From positions 34,348,001 to 34,412,000 of the forward strand of contig NC_043002.1 of NCBI RefSeq assembly GCF_006345805.1: a stretch of DNA of 64,000 bases, given 5' to 3'. A program made the position numbers and the translations under genes. The stretch's first letter is position 1; the number at the start of each line of letters is the position of its first letter. The DNA is from Octopus sinensis (lineage: Eukaryota). Below the pieces are notes generated by a model. It searched no databases and was not told the origin of the DNA. It worked only from the letters and a program-made list of their open reading frames with translations. This document shows, piece by piece, positions 51,371 through 64,000 of the stretch.

Positions 51371-52740
51371 AATTTCTAGAAGCGTCCGTGTTAAGATAGA
51401 CTTCTCTCTATTCTTCAGTTGCCTATTCAGCCGCTCTGAGATCTTTGACCTGCGTCTCATGAGGATTTTTCTGTCCCTGGAAATCTTGTCTGAGCGTGTG
51501 CTAGCCTCTCTTTCTGAACATATTCAGTGCATATAGCTTGCACTGTTGATATAAACTGCCTGAGTTTCATACCAATGTCTTGCATACACAGAATGTTGGA
51601 CCAGTTTCGTTTGTGGATCTCTTTACGGATTGATTCCCACTTTGCCTTAAATAAATTCAGGTTGGATAAGGCTTGAGTCCTCCTAATAGGGTAGATCCAG
51701 CCGTTCGCGCAGGACCATACATAGTTAGTTCAACAATGATGTGATCTGAGAGTGCCGTTGGTATCACCTTCACATTATTGATAAGGTCCACATTATTTGT
51801 GAAGAATAGGTCCAATATGTTGTTTCCTCTGGTTGGCCTGAGTATCACTTGCTCCATGAACAGCTTATTAGTAAGTTCAAATAATGACCCTACATGTTTT
51901 TGTTCATGCAGTCACATCCAAGAGAGGATGTGGCCTTCTGGCCATTTGACATGTGGGAGGTTGAAGTTACCCAAGAAAAGTATGTTGATGCTCTTGTCTA
52001 GGTTTAATATCACTTCGATATGTTTGAGGCTATCCTCAAATTTTCATCATAATTTGTGGTATTCGGCGGACGATATATTGCGCATACAGCTACATCAGCT
52101 TGCTTTTTATGTGTTATTAAGGTGTCGCAAACTGAATTTAAATGTGACAGTAATACAAGAGGTGTGACATCTTAACGAATTTACTTAGCAACTCCACAGT
52201 GGCGGCTTTCTCTTCTGTCAGTACGAAATACGGCATACTCTGGTATGTGTACTTCCACATCTGTTACACCAGGAGCCAGATGCATTTCAGTGAGTGCCAT
52301 GGATATTGCTTCATTGCATGTAGAAAGCTCTTTTAGATAGAGAATTTTACCTCTGTTGCTGAGTTGTAGCAGACCTCCAATGTTCAGTTGGAATATGGGT
52401 GCGATGTCGGGGTAGGTGTTAGTGGTGGTCATCCTGAGCCTGTCGTCTGTGATGGTCTTGTGCATTGGAATGCATGGCTTTGAATTTGCATTCTATGCAT
52501 CCATGTCAGCTGCTGTACTATATTCTGGGCCATGTTCAAAAAAGACTGTTGTTCAATTGCTGCACTTCGTACAGACTCTGCATATTGCCTTTTGAGAGGT
52601 GCTGAATGCATGTGTTGATATCTTTTCCTACTCTTTTGAGACGTGTTTCTTCCAGTTGGTGCACCATTATTCTGCAGATCCATTCTTGAGAATTTCCCTC
52701 TATATTTTTGGTGGTTTTGTTTCAGGTTTCCCCGCTTGTT
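51371..52740 (-). mobile_element. Degenerate LINE 5' portion: ORF1 end and APE endonuclease
   Basis: IFQLNIGGL, ALTEMHL, VFRTDR...GVA, IYRPP, LGNFNLPHVKW, PTRGNNILDLFFTNN, SDH. Confidence 0.85.
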
Positions 52741-53467
52741 GTTCCGATAAATTTTGGGATGGGCAAAGCTGCAGCCCTCTCCTGTCCTATATATTATATA
52801 TATATATAGTATCAGGGTAATAAAGATTTTAAAATTTTTTACTGTCAGTGGCCAAGCGTACAGAAAAGTTAGTCAATAGACTATATATTATTCATATAAA
52901 ATACAGTGTACATTTAAACACATTAAGATGTGTCCATCATAGGACCCCCTTACGCTAGAAGGAACAGCTAAAGTCAAACCCACCAATTAGGGATAAATTC
53001 TCGAAAGGAATGAAAAATAAAAACATTCACCATCTATTTCTTGGACCGGTTTCTTACTTTTTTAGCAAATAAAATAATTTGCCAGGCGAAATCTTCGTCA
53101 ACAGGTACGCCAAGATTAAATATATAAATACGAAGCCAATCTCGCATGTGCTTCTTGCTTATATATTTTAATTTTTTTCAAATCCACTGCGCAAACGCAG
53201 TTTTTTGTCGGCAGCAAAATATGCTGGAAATTTCTTCGAACAAATTCTCCAGAAATAATTATATATAATTAATAATATCAGGGTAATAAAAATTTTAGAT
53301 TTTTACTACCAGTGGGTTAGAGTATAGAAAAATTAGTCAATAGATTATATATTATAGTCTATTATAACCTTAAAATCAATAGGGGAAATTAATTTCGCGT
53401 TTCGGTATTTCACGTTACGGCATGTTTTCAAAAACACATTCCTGTAACGAGAGGAGTTCTTCACTTC

Positions 53468-53563
<96 letters not shown>

Positions 53564-53591
53564 AGTGTGTGTGAATATATATATATGTATA

Positions 53592-53656
<65 letters not shown>

Positions 53657-53682
53657 CAAATAACAACAAATGGATAGTGGTT

Positions 53683-53930
53683 CACTCACTACACCTGTTT
53701 CAAACGTGATTTTTTATTGATGAATAGAGTTATTATAGCATGTTAAAAAAAAGCTGGTCGCTAGAGAATTATAAAAAGGCACATACTTGGACTCGTTGGA
53801 ATGTTTTTTAATGTTTAATTCGTGCATATATTCACCTGGTGAAAATGTTTTTTGTTTTTTTATCATATAATGTAAAAACTCTATTCATCGATAAAAAGAA
53901 AATACACGTCTGAAACAGTTGTAGTGAGTG
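53683..53930. mobile_element. MITE with ~45-bp TIRs
   Basis: cactcactacacctgtttcaaacgtg...gatgaatagagtt versus aactctattcatc...cacgtctgaaacagttgtagtgagtg. Confidence 0.7.
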
Positions 53931-54394
53931 AAGCACAATCCACCTGTTGCTGTTTGTTTATTATTCACTTTACTCGGAATCTGAAATTACCATGGATCTG
54001 GAGTCTATTGACTGCAGAGCAATTGATACTATGTTTGCACCTAGGTAGTCTTGAGATTCGTGGTATATTCAGTCGCTTGTGATCGTAGATGCAACTGGAA
54101 TATAAATCCTTCTTTACTTCAGTATGTATGTATATGTTCCTCTAATGTTGTCTTGTACATGATAGCGATTTCATTGACCCGACCTTGGTGCTTTACCCTC
54201 TAAGGACCCGATTCACTTGAATCTTGAACTTCTAGACTAGACTACCCGTAACTCGTTGGGTAACCTGAAAAGTCTGAATTTCCTAGCAACGAAGTTTTGC
54301 TTTGTGGGTTTTTTTCTTTTCCATGTTATTTCGCATGCTTTCAAAATTGTGACATCGAAATCACGCGTAAACGGCTCCTTTCCCCAGAAAAGGG

Positions 54395-54503
54395 AAGATT
54401 TGGCTGCTATTTCCTGCATGCCCTGCCAACGCGTAACAGGTATTTCAGGTCCAAATAGCTGTTACGTAGTAGCAGGGCATGCAAGAAATAGCAGCCAAAT
54501 CTT
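54395..54503. other. Long near-perfect hairpin (~45-bp stem)
   Basis: aagatttggctgctatttcctgcatgccctgc pairs with gcagggcatgcaagaaatagcagccaaatctt; inner gtaacag/ctgttac and tattt/aaata. Confidence 0.7.
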
Positions 54504-54956
54504 TGGAGCTGAGACACGTTGAATGCACTCGAAAACATTTTAGTAATGGTATTCCCTTGGGGCGATCTTTTGCTTTGACACTCAGAACTGTCACCCGGAT
54601 CACCTGATTTTGTTCGTTAATATCTGTAAAATTATTTTGTTTTAAAGTTTTGTTTTAAAGAGAAAGAGAGGAGAAAGTGAAAGATGTATGAACGTGTATA
54701 TGAATGAACGTGTGTGTGTGTGAGAGAGAGAGAGAGAGTGCCACTTACACATACATGAGAACACCCATGTTCACTCACTCTCTCTCTCTCTCTCTCTCTC
54801 TCACACTCACATACACAGGTACATACAAAAATTATGTACGCATGCATATTGATGTATGTGCGTATACATGACAACACATCCTTTCACTCACTCTATCTCT
54901 CACTTTCTCTCACTCTCTTTTTCTCTCTCTCCCTCTTCCTCTCTTTCTCTCTTTCC

Positions 54957-54999
<43 letters not shown>

Positions 55000-55684
55000 A
55001 AACACATACATCCATTTCATATACATGCACATACTTCTTTTATTTTCTCCTCGCTTTCACTTTAAAATAAAATTAAATAAATAAAATTGACATTTCTGAG
55101 AGTCAAAACGAAAGATCGCCATTCACTTGAAAATAATAATAAAAAAAAAACATTAAAATATTGTCTGTTTCTAGAAAGTTAAAATATAAATACTTGCTGT
55201 ACAAACAACTTACATTTTTGAAATCACATTCAGTTTAAAATATTTCTAAATGATTAAAATATTGTGTACGTCAAAAAGTCGAAGTTTTTTACTTTTTTTC
55301 TTAGCGAGTGCGAAGATTATGCATGTGTATTTGTCACAGATAGCCGACGTGTGTTTGTGTTGATTGATACGCCATGATATTCATTAAATTTCTGTGTATT
55401 CTGTATGGGTGTAAGTGTGCTGACGTCACGGAAGCTCTGGGTTTTTTTTTATCAAGAAATAACAAAAACAAAATTGTGTTTATTCGTTTACATTAATAAA
55501 TAGGGGTCCAAATATCACAAAAAGATTCTTCTGCACTGCTGAAAATAAATATGCAAAAAAAAATTAAGATAAAATATACTATTTCTGAGATATTTCGGGT
55601 ACAGACATATATCTCTAGAGTATTATTAATATATATTATTAATATATATATGTGTGTGCGTGTGTGTGTATGTGTATGTGTATG

Positions 55685-55719
<35 letters not shown>

Positions 55720-55811
55720 GACGTGATTATAAAATGTGAATATCACAATAAGATCCTTGTACGGTGTTGGATATCAGACCATGCAGTAGTCTATGTATGT
55801 GCGTGAGTGTG

Positions 55812-55859
<48 letters not shown>

Positions 55860-55896
55860 TATATATTATATATACGCATATAAATATATATACATA

Positions 55897-55938
<42 letters not shown>

Positions 55939-55947
55939 ATATATACA

Positions 55948-55988
<41 letters not shown>

Positions 55989-57199
55989 TGCTGTGTGTAT
56001 ATATGTCTCTTTTGCTCGACAAAATATTAACTGTGAGAGAGGGAATGGGCAATGTAAAAGGAAGGGTGAGGAGGAGGAAGTGGTTAGAGGCGTGGTGGTC
56101 TTAGATGGAAGAGAAACGAATTGCTGGTAAACAAACCCTATATTTGAAAGTCGACAAACGTTATGTTGTGTTTATTATATTGGCCGATGGAGTGGGGAGA
56201 AGGGGCCAGCTTATATTTGCGCTATTAATCAGAAACTGTGCTGACATGACTAAATCCCTCATCAAACACAACCCTTGCCGACCAACTCTCAACAGCCGCT
56301 TATTTAGAGTCCCTCATCAATACTAATCTTCAAGTTCCCGCCACAATTTTCTGCTCAATGATTCGACAAAACCGTCTTTTTATTTTCATTTATTTTTTTA
56401 TTTTTGCAAGCAACTTTTTTTCTCCTTTCTTATTTAAAAGCAGAGCAAAGTGTTCCTGAATAGCAGGAACAATAGAGCAGAAGAGTATCAAACAGACTAA
56501 TATTTCGTGTCGACTTTGCTTTTCATTCCTTTGTAGTGGGATACATATGCGTGGTTAATCAGCAGAATCGTTAAAGCATTTGACAAAAACTATTTTGCAG
56601 TATTTGTTCCGATTCTTTACATTCTGAGTTCAAATCCTGCAAAGTTAAGATGTGTCTCTCATCATTCCGGTGTTGATAAAATAAAGTAACAGTCAAAGAA
56701 GGCAAGACCTAAGCAACGTTTATAGATACGACTGAAGTATGAAGAAAATTATATCGGAAAATTGTTTATGGTTGTTATTATTTCAGCTTGATGTGGGAAA
56801 GAAACAATGCGGAACTGGTTCCATTTTGGATTAAAAGCATCGTTTTCATTATAGATTAATAATGACTGATAGATAGAATGCCAGTCGTGAGATGAAATTT
56901 CTGCACAAGAAGTTCTCTCCCAGTGTTTGCAGATATCACAGAACAATAGAAGTTAAATCTCAACACGTAACAAGCAGTAATAATCAGTCAAAAGTAAATT
57001 CGTAGGATCGATTTCAAAATACTCGCGTAAAACGAGTAAGCAATAACATTTACGAATAATCTTGAAAATTTGGTAAACCAAAACGCCATTCCTATCACAG
57101 GTTCGCACAAAATTCATTAAAAACCACAAACTTCTCCCAAATGTACACAAAAATGAAATTACTAAATATATAAATATCTGAACGTTCGACATTACAACA

Positions 57200-58900
57200 C
57201 TAATAGTATTAAAAACACGTTCCTGGAACTTGTGTTAACGCATACATAACAATAAATCAAGAAACGTTCCTAACGCTACAAAACAAAACAACATACATTA
57301 TACACGGATTAGTCTAAACAGCACATTTTGGCTGAGGCGATGGCCTTATATTTCACAGAAAATATTGCATTCATTATAGAAATATCCCAAACGACATGTG
57401 CGAACTACCAGGGTACGACACTACACTAGAGCTACAGGCTTTCTAAACAAAAACAAAACAAACACCGACAACATACAGCACCTCCCCTGACATCACCAAC
57501 TGTTTTACCGAGTTCCATATCACAACTTTAACACTTTAATACTCAGAAAACTCTACCTTTGGAGAAGATGTTTATGCTCTCACAACAGTCTGGCTTTCAA
57601 ATTATACAGAAGACCAGAGGTGGGATGAAATATCTTCACAGATGGAATCCTCCTCATCCCACCAAGTATTTTCTATTTTATCTTCGTCTGACACCATCCT
57701 CTGCTCCGCACAAGCAATTCACCAACTTTCTATGAACCATCTACCAATTATAAATATAACCACTTCCACTTCAATGCAGACAATTAAAAACACTTTCACA
57801 AAGTAAGTCACACTGAGAAACAGAATCAAGGTTTACAGAGTTCAACACCACAAGACACTGCCTTACGTAGGCTCAATAAAATACTTATAGATACATCTAC
57901 AGAATATATTTTCTATCAGACGACAACATAAAATTTACAACCTCAATTGCACGCCAGAAATTGCTAAACTCCTTAAAGCAAAGGACAACTTCAAACACAG
58001 TTCACCAAAATCACCTTAACAGAAATGAAACCTAGTATCAAACAACTAAAGATGGAAATGAACAAAATAACAACAGTAAAAAAGGAGAAAATTAACCAAC
58101 ATTTATACCTAACATAAATAACAAAGCTAAAAGTAAAACTCTGAGTAATTAGCAGCAGCAACAACAACAATTATACCACACCCGTCGTCCTAATAACAAC
58201 TTCAAATGATATAACCACACTATAACAGCGAATTAACGCCCTTATTAAATATTTCTCAAAAATCAGCCACCAAAAACCACACAATGAATATAGGAACACA
58301 AAACAAAAGATGTATATATTCTACCTAGACCACAATTTTGATCCCTTAGTTCCTTTAAAGATAGTAAATACAATACAGAAATCCAAAACTTCGAGACCAA
58401 ATAAAATCCAAAATATACACCTAAAACATCTATACCGTGAATGAATCCCCCTACTCACCAACATTGGCAATAATTGATACGACACAGTCAAAATTATAGC
58501 CATTCTGAAGCATGGGTCAGGCATGGGCAACCTTTTTCGAGAAACGGGCCGCAAGAGATATGGATTATCATCAGACGAACCACTCTATTAAAAAACATTC
58601 AAGGTAATTTTTCGTTTGGTATGCTATTCAGAAAGTCCCGCAAAGTGCAGTTTTCCCATTATGGTTCTAAGTAATATCCGTGAAATAACTTCATACTCAC
58701 CCATCATCCACCAATAAACACATTCGAATATTCTAGAAAGGCTGATCTTTGTCATCACTATCTACAATATACTCCTCTCCAAATCACAACAGAGATTCAG
58801 ACAACTTAACACAGCCACCACATTATCTGAAACCAAATACAGACAATTTATGAAGGCTTTCGTAGCAGTAATAAAAAAGAAACGGCTCCCATATCCCACC
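57200..58900 (+). mobile_element. Probable ancient retroelement relic
   Basis: Long A/C-skewed, microsatellite-free stretch with short broken coding-like frames; no diagnostic motif intact. Confidence 0.3.
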
Positions 58901-59732
58901 ACCGCGCTAAATATTTATTTTTTGGTGAGTAAGAGTTGCGTTATATCTATTGCTTCATGTTGGTGCTAAACTCAAATGGTGTTCAATTCGATTAGACTCT
59001 ATATATTCCTGTACCCATATATGCATATGTATATACATATATATGTATGTACATATATGTACATATATGTATATATGCATATATATATATAAAATTTACA
59101 AAATTTCCATTTCCAAGTTAAGTTTTATCTTAATAATTTCCATGTGACTCTTATTCTATTACTATCTCTTTTCCTATTTCTCTTTCTCTTTCCCCTTTCG
59201 TTTCCTCTCTCTTCCTTCCTCTATTTCTTACTCCCCTCTCTCACTGTTCCTCCTTTACTCTCTCGTTGCTCGCACCTGACCATCGGCCATCTTTCTTTTC
59301 CTAACTTGAGTTTCTTTGTTTCCAATCAGCGGCAGAGATCAGACGCATTCTTATCTGTCTCCTATCAATCTTGTTCCTCCAGCGTTCGCCACCTGACCGT
59401 GTCAAGGCTTAGCAGCCTTTTCTGTTTCTTTCACAGTCCTGTTTTTGTTACCAACTTTGACCCTCCGCAAATTCCCAAATTTTATTTAATTTGCTTTGCG
59501 GGAGTAACTCTTTTGTCGAAGACGTCTCTCGTCGTGAATTGGTCGAAATACGGAGTAGAAAAACAGCCGACAACTGATGCAGGGTTGCTCTTTATGTCTT
59601 GTTTTCCATTTGTTCTTTCGTTGTTCGCAAAAAATGTTCGTATTCCATATTTCGTATTTCATGCTGTTTACGTTCTATGACATCCTGTACCCATATATGC
59701 ATATGCATATACATATATATATAAGTATGTAC

Positions 59733-59812
<80 letters not shown>

Positions 59813-59819
<7 letters not shown>

Positions 59820-60224
59820 GGTTGTATACTGTCAATCTAACAAGAACGTGACAGTAGGGGGTACACCACCGTTATATAGCCCTAGGAGGCATCGAACGCC
59901 TCCTGACAGCTTCGACACATTTTATCCTGTGTCCTTATATACACATACGAAGGGGAGACAAACACCCCCAACTGCCGGAACTGCATCTAGGGACACCGTG
60001 ATGCAGTTCCGGCAGTTGGGGGTGTTTGTCTCCCCTTCGTATGTGTATATAAGGACACAGGATAAAATGTGTCGAAGCTGTCAGGAGGCGTTCGATGCCT
60101 CCTAGGGCTATATAACGGTGGTGTACCCCCTACTGTCACGTTCTTGTTAGATTGACAGTATACAACCATTATATCGCTCCACCACCGTACACCTCTCTAC
60201 GAGAGATTTAGAAACTCAATATTT

Positions 60225-60225
<1 letters not shown>
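59813..60225. mobile_element. Perfect palindrome (175-bp arms, 12-nt loop) formed by a relative of the 12.4-12.8 kb element
   Basis: 59813-59987 is the reverse complement of 60000-60174. The right arm plus tail (gagagatttagaaa...aatatttct) aligns with 12595-12808. Confidence 0.85.
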
Positions 60226-60269
<44 letters not shown>

Positions 60270-60272
<3 letters not shown>

Positions 60273-60490
60273 AGTTAAGTTAAGTTAATTTTTGGGCTCA
60301 AAAAGCAAAAAGCAAGGCCATGTAGGGGGACATGGAGTTATGTACAGGGTGGTGTTCATGCAAAGAGTTCAGGCCATTTGTGGTCAAGGGATACTTTGAA
60401 CCGAGCGGTCGTCGGCATCTTCACCATCTCGTCTGGCAGCTTATTCCACGGATCCGCAACCCGGACGGAGAAAGCCCCTCTCCTTCGATT
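60270..60490 (-). mobile_element. 3' end of a CR1/L2-group LINE with (TTAAC)n tail
   Basis: RRGAFSVRVADPWNKLPDEMV...RFKVSLDHKW, then ttaacttaacttaa on the minus strand. Confidence 0.8.
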
Positions 60491-60834
60491 AAATATGTAT
60501 ATACATGGTAAATGAAAGACAGAAGATGGAATATACGAGGATTTGTTAGTAATCACGACAATTGCTTTGACACATCTAACATCGATCCTTCATGGGTGGA
60601 ACTCTCAACAGCTGCTTGAGGAGCATCCAGCGGTGCAGCTGTGTCTCATCGGGTGATAAATAGATACAACTCGTTAAAATAACAGTTCTGCAATGTATCT
60701 TCTCATTTTGTAGAAAGAAAAGAAGCAAAACGAAGGAAATGTTTTCATTTACATAGAACATCAAATATAAAATCACAGATGCACAGAAGAAACGGACACG
60801 CAAACCCCTTCATATATTTCTCAAGGAGATTCAG

Positions 60835-61018
60835 CGTGACACAGAGTGTGACAAGGCTGGCATCTTGAAATATAGGTACTACTCATTTTTGCCAGCTGAG
60901 TGAACTGGAGCCCTGTAAAATAAAGTGTCTTGCTCAAGGATAGAACGCACCGCCAGGAATCAAACTCGCGACCCTACGATCGCACGCCAAATATTCTAAC
61001 TACTACGCCACGCTTCTT
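60835..61018 (-). mobile_element. tRNA-derived SINE fragment
   Basis: B-box-like gagtttgattcctgg on the minus strand; body similar to 6757-6900. Confidence 0.65.
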
Positions 61019-64000
61019 CATGTATGTGTGTATGTATGTATTATGTATGTATAACTTCACGCACATAACTTCACGCACATTCTCCTCTTCTGATTAAATA
61101 ATCATTCTTTTCTTTAGTGTCATATCAGTTTTGGAGAAATTCTTGATTCCTGAGATTATCTCCCCTTCTCATTTGTACTAATTACTACCAATACATTGGT
61201 CCACCTTTTCTAGTATATCAATAAATCAAGAATTTATCTTACATGTTATTTAATACCAGCGGGACTCGTGAATATTTCACGGAATTAATGGTAAACTTAT
61301 TGGATCATTTCTGAAAACTTTATCCAAACAACATGAAAGCATAGCCTGTGTTGTGTCTGTATCAAAAGATAGTCGCTCATCTGCCACTCATTGAACAGTG
61401 AAAGAAATTGGAATACGATGATTACTTAATACACTTTATATATACATTTTATATACTTTATGCACAATTTTATAGACTTAATACACAGTACTCATAAAAT
61501 AAATATTCACTCTTATGTTTCCATTTTTCCTATAAACAAAAAAATATCCTGTACATCTGATACGACCTTTTGTTAAAATACATATATCTGCCACGTAAAT
61601 ATGCGTGAGTGTTTCAAGGAATTGCACTTATGTGCATGCGTTAATTGATAGGTGATATAAAAAAAATTCAATCTCAAAAATATAGACTTTTCACTTTTCA
61701 ATCACCACCACCATCGCATACACCACCACCTCCATCTCCACCACCACCACTATCATCATCTCTCTCCCTCTCTCTTTCCACCTCTCTCTTTCCCCCTCTC
61801 TCTCCCCCTCTCTCCCTCTCTCTCTCACTCTCTCTCTCTGCCTTTCTTTAACCACACCATCAGAACACCACCCCTCTGCTAAAATTATATTTTTAATTCT
61901 CCTCCTCTACCTTCAACCAACCTTTTTAATCATGTAATAAATATTACATTCCCCTTGCCTCACATCATAGGTACTTCTCTCTCACTCTTTTCTTTCTCCC
62001 TCTTTCTGTGTCGCTCTTCGCCTTATCCTCTTTTTCTCTCTCCTTTGTATTTCTCTTCTATTTCCCTTCAACTAATCACGTGAAAGCCTTACTATTGCAT
62101 TCCTCCTAACTCACATCATGAACGCTTCTCTCCCCTTTTCTCCCTCTCCCCTTTTCTCCCTCTCCCCTTTTCTCCCTCTCTCTTTTTTCTCTCCTTCTTT
62201 CCTTTCTCCCACTTTTTCTCTAATCACGTGAAAGCGTTACGGACGGGCTAAGTAATGCAATGACAAGCTGAATTATTATAAGATACTTTAACCGTTTGAG
62301 TTATTTCTCTAAGTTAATTTTCATTTCTCCTATATACACACGCACATACACACACATACACACGCACTCATACATATATACATTCATACATACATACAAA
62401 TATATGTGTGTGTGTGTGTATCTGTGTATATACACATATATATATACATGTTAAACTATATTAATTGAAGGTGAAAATTATATAGTTGTTAATCTCTTAC
62501 CAACGGTGGATAATTATGCCTAGGGCCAAAGGCAAATAAACGGTGACCATCCCACTATTTATTCAAACCAAACATATATTATCTATATTATCTAAAAAAC
62601 AATTTTTTTTTTATTAAAAAAAACGGTTGGTCGAGATTTTAATAGAGACTTGGTTGCAATTTCTACCATATATTTCGACCACGTAGAAGCTCCCATGCTG
62701 GATCAAAATTGTGTTTTATGTCTCATAAGCTGTGTTGAAAGAGTAGCCAGAGTTCAAAATCTGGGTTGAAGGTACACCAACCGTAACCATCCCGTCGTTT
62801 ATTCAGGCCAGACATGGAGAATTTGAGACTACATTAGCCAAGGTGTACTTAAAGAAAATGGCTGGATGCAATTTGATGGAAAGTTGGTTGCTATTTCTAG
62901 CTTGCATTTCGACCACATAGAGGTTCCCGTATTAGATCAAAATTATGTTGTATGCTGCATAAGGCGTGTACAAAGACGAGCCAGAGTTCAAAATCTGGGG
63001 CGGATATAATTGATAGGTTATATTGAAGGAATTGAATAGCAATGAAAAGAGTGGAGACACTTGTATTTACTGCGGGTAAATGTCGACTGTTGACTTTAAT
63101 AACTTCTCAAATAATTTCACTATACGCAGATAAACTCATAATAGAGTTGACTGTTTTTGAAAGAAAATACATCTGTCTGTCACTTTCTCTCTCTCACCTA
63201 CCCTTTCTCCCACCCCCTCTCTCTCTCTAGTATATATGTGTGTCTGTGTGTAAATAGGGAACAGCTTTTCTTTCAAACATGTTATATTTAAAACACGACT
63301 GTGTTCGAGTTACATTTATTTCGTCAATGATTTTCCATACTTCCTTGTTAGTCCTTTTAGATTGGGACAATAACGTTCTTACATTTACTAGTCCATTAAC
63401 GTTTCAAGACTGTTTCGGCCTCTTTATCTGGACGAAGTGATGATGAAACGGACATGTTGTTCAAGCACTTTGCATTTGATCGTGGGAATATTGTTATAAT
63501 TGATTCAATAATCAATGTTATTACTGATATAATAACCAATACCGGATTTAAAAATTATAGACTGCTGAAGACCAAGTATGCATGGTTTATTTTATTTGCG
63601 TCTATTTTCGTTTCTATTTCACTATTATTAATAAAATTTCTATAGTTTTCGTCTGATTTTTATGAAATTATATATATGAAATTGCTACGCTGTCAGCTAG
63701 TATTTTCTTATGATATTTTATTTCGCGTATTGTTTACATATTTAAGTAAGTTCGAGTAAACTTTAAACTGTTTTATTATAATATCTATTCTGAGCTGTTT
63801 AGTATACATTGCTTTATATAATGAGCTGCATTTTATAATGAGTTGTAAATGCGTAGTCAATTGACGATGAAGTGTCGTACTTGTGTGCTTAATGTAAACG
63901 TTTCAGTTATGAACTTTACAATTTTCATGGTTACATGATTACATTGGAATTTATATATTACATAGGTTGTCTGATGTACGCTCTACGGTTTATTAGTTTG

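Noticed and set aside
55421-55434. TGACGTCA + CGGAAG (CRE/ETS) composite
   Set aside because: A single short motif with no supporting exon or CpG-rich context; chance occurrence not excluded.
62530-63000. Two diverged ~230-bp tandem copies (gtgaccatccc...gccagagttcaaaatctggg)
   Set aside because: They look like adjacent old copies of a common interspersed repeat; no unusual structure.

Overview
AT-rich, microsatellite-saturated animal genomic DNA, most likely an octopus (inferred from the recurring tRNA-derived SINE families and the (TA)n/(CA)n/(GATA)n/(TAA)n density). There is one 100-N gap at 51271-51370. The only well-supported host gene is a single-coding-exon PERCC1/FAM181-family gene on the minus strand (24758-26197, 479 aa). 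It keeps a YAP-like TEAD-binding LxxLF helix and omega-loop, has a splice acceptor just upstream of the ATG, and has a candidate distant 5' exon and promoter near 49.4-49.9 kb. The rest is mostly mobile DNA: three CR1/L2-type LINE pieces (one with an open 651-codon RT frame), an APE endonuclease remnant, a decayed CCHC ORF1, many SINEs, MITEs, Tc1/mariner and hAT relics, a head-to-tail Helitron array, a (TAA)n-embedded nest with an R4/Dong-type endonuclease fragment, and Penelope-like relics. The most unusual signal is a ~364-nt circularly permuted, retrozyme-like unit at 12.1-12.8 kb. It carries a minimal type I hammerhead ribozyme with a compensated U3-A8 core. A diverged relative sharing three hairpins forms a perfect 175-bp palindrome at 59.8-60.2 kb. 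All calls come from reading the sequence and from remembered family motifs; no searches or folding programs were run.
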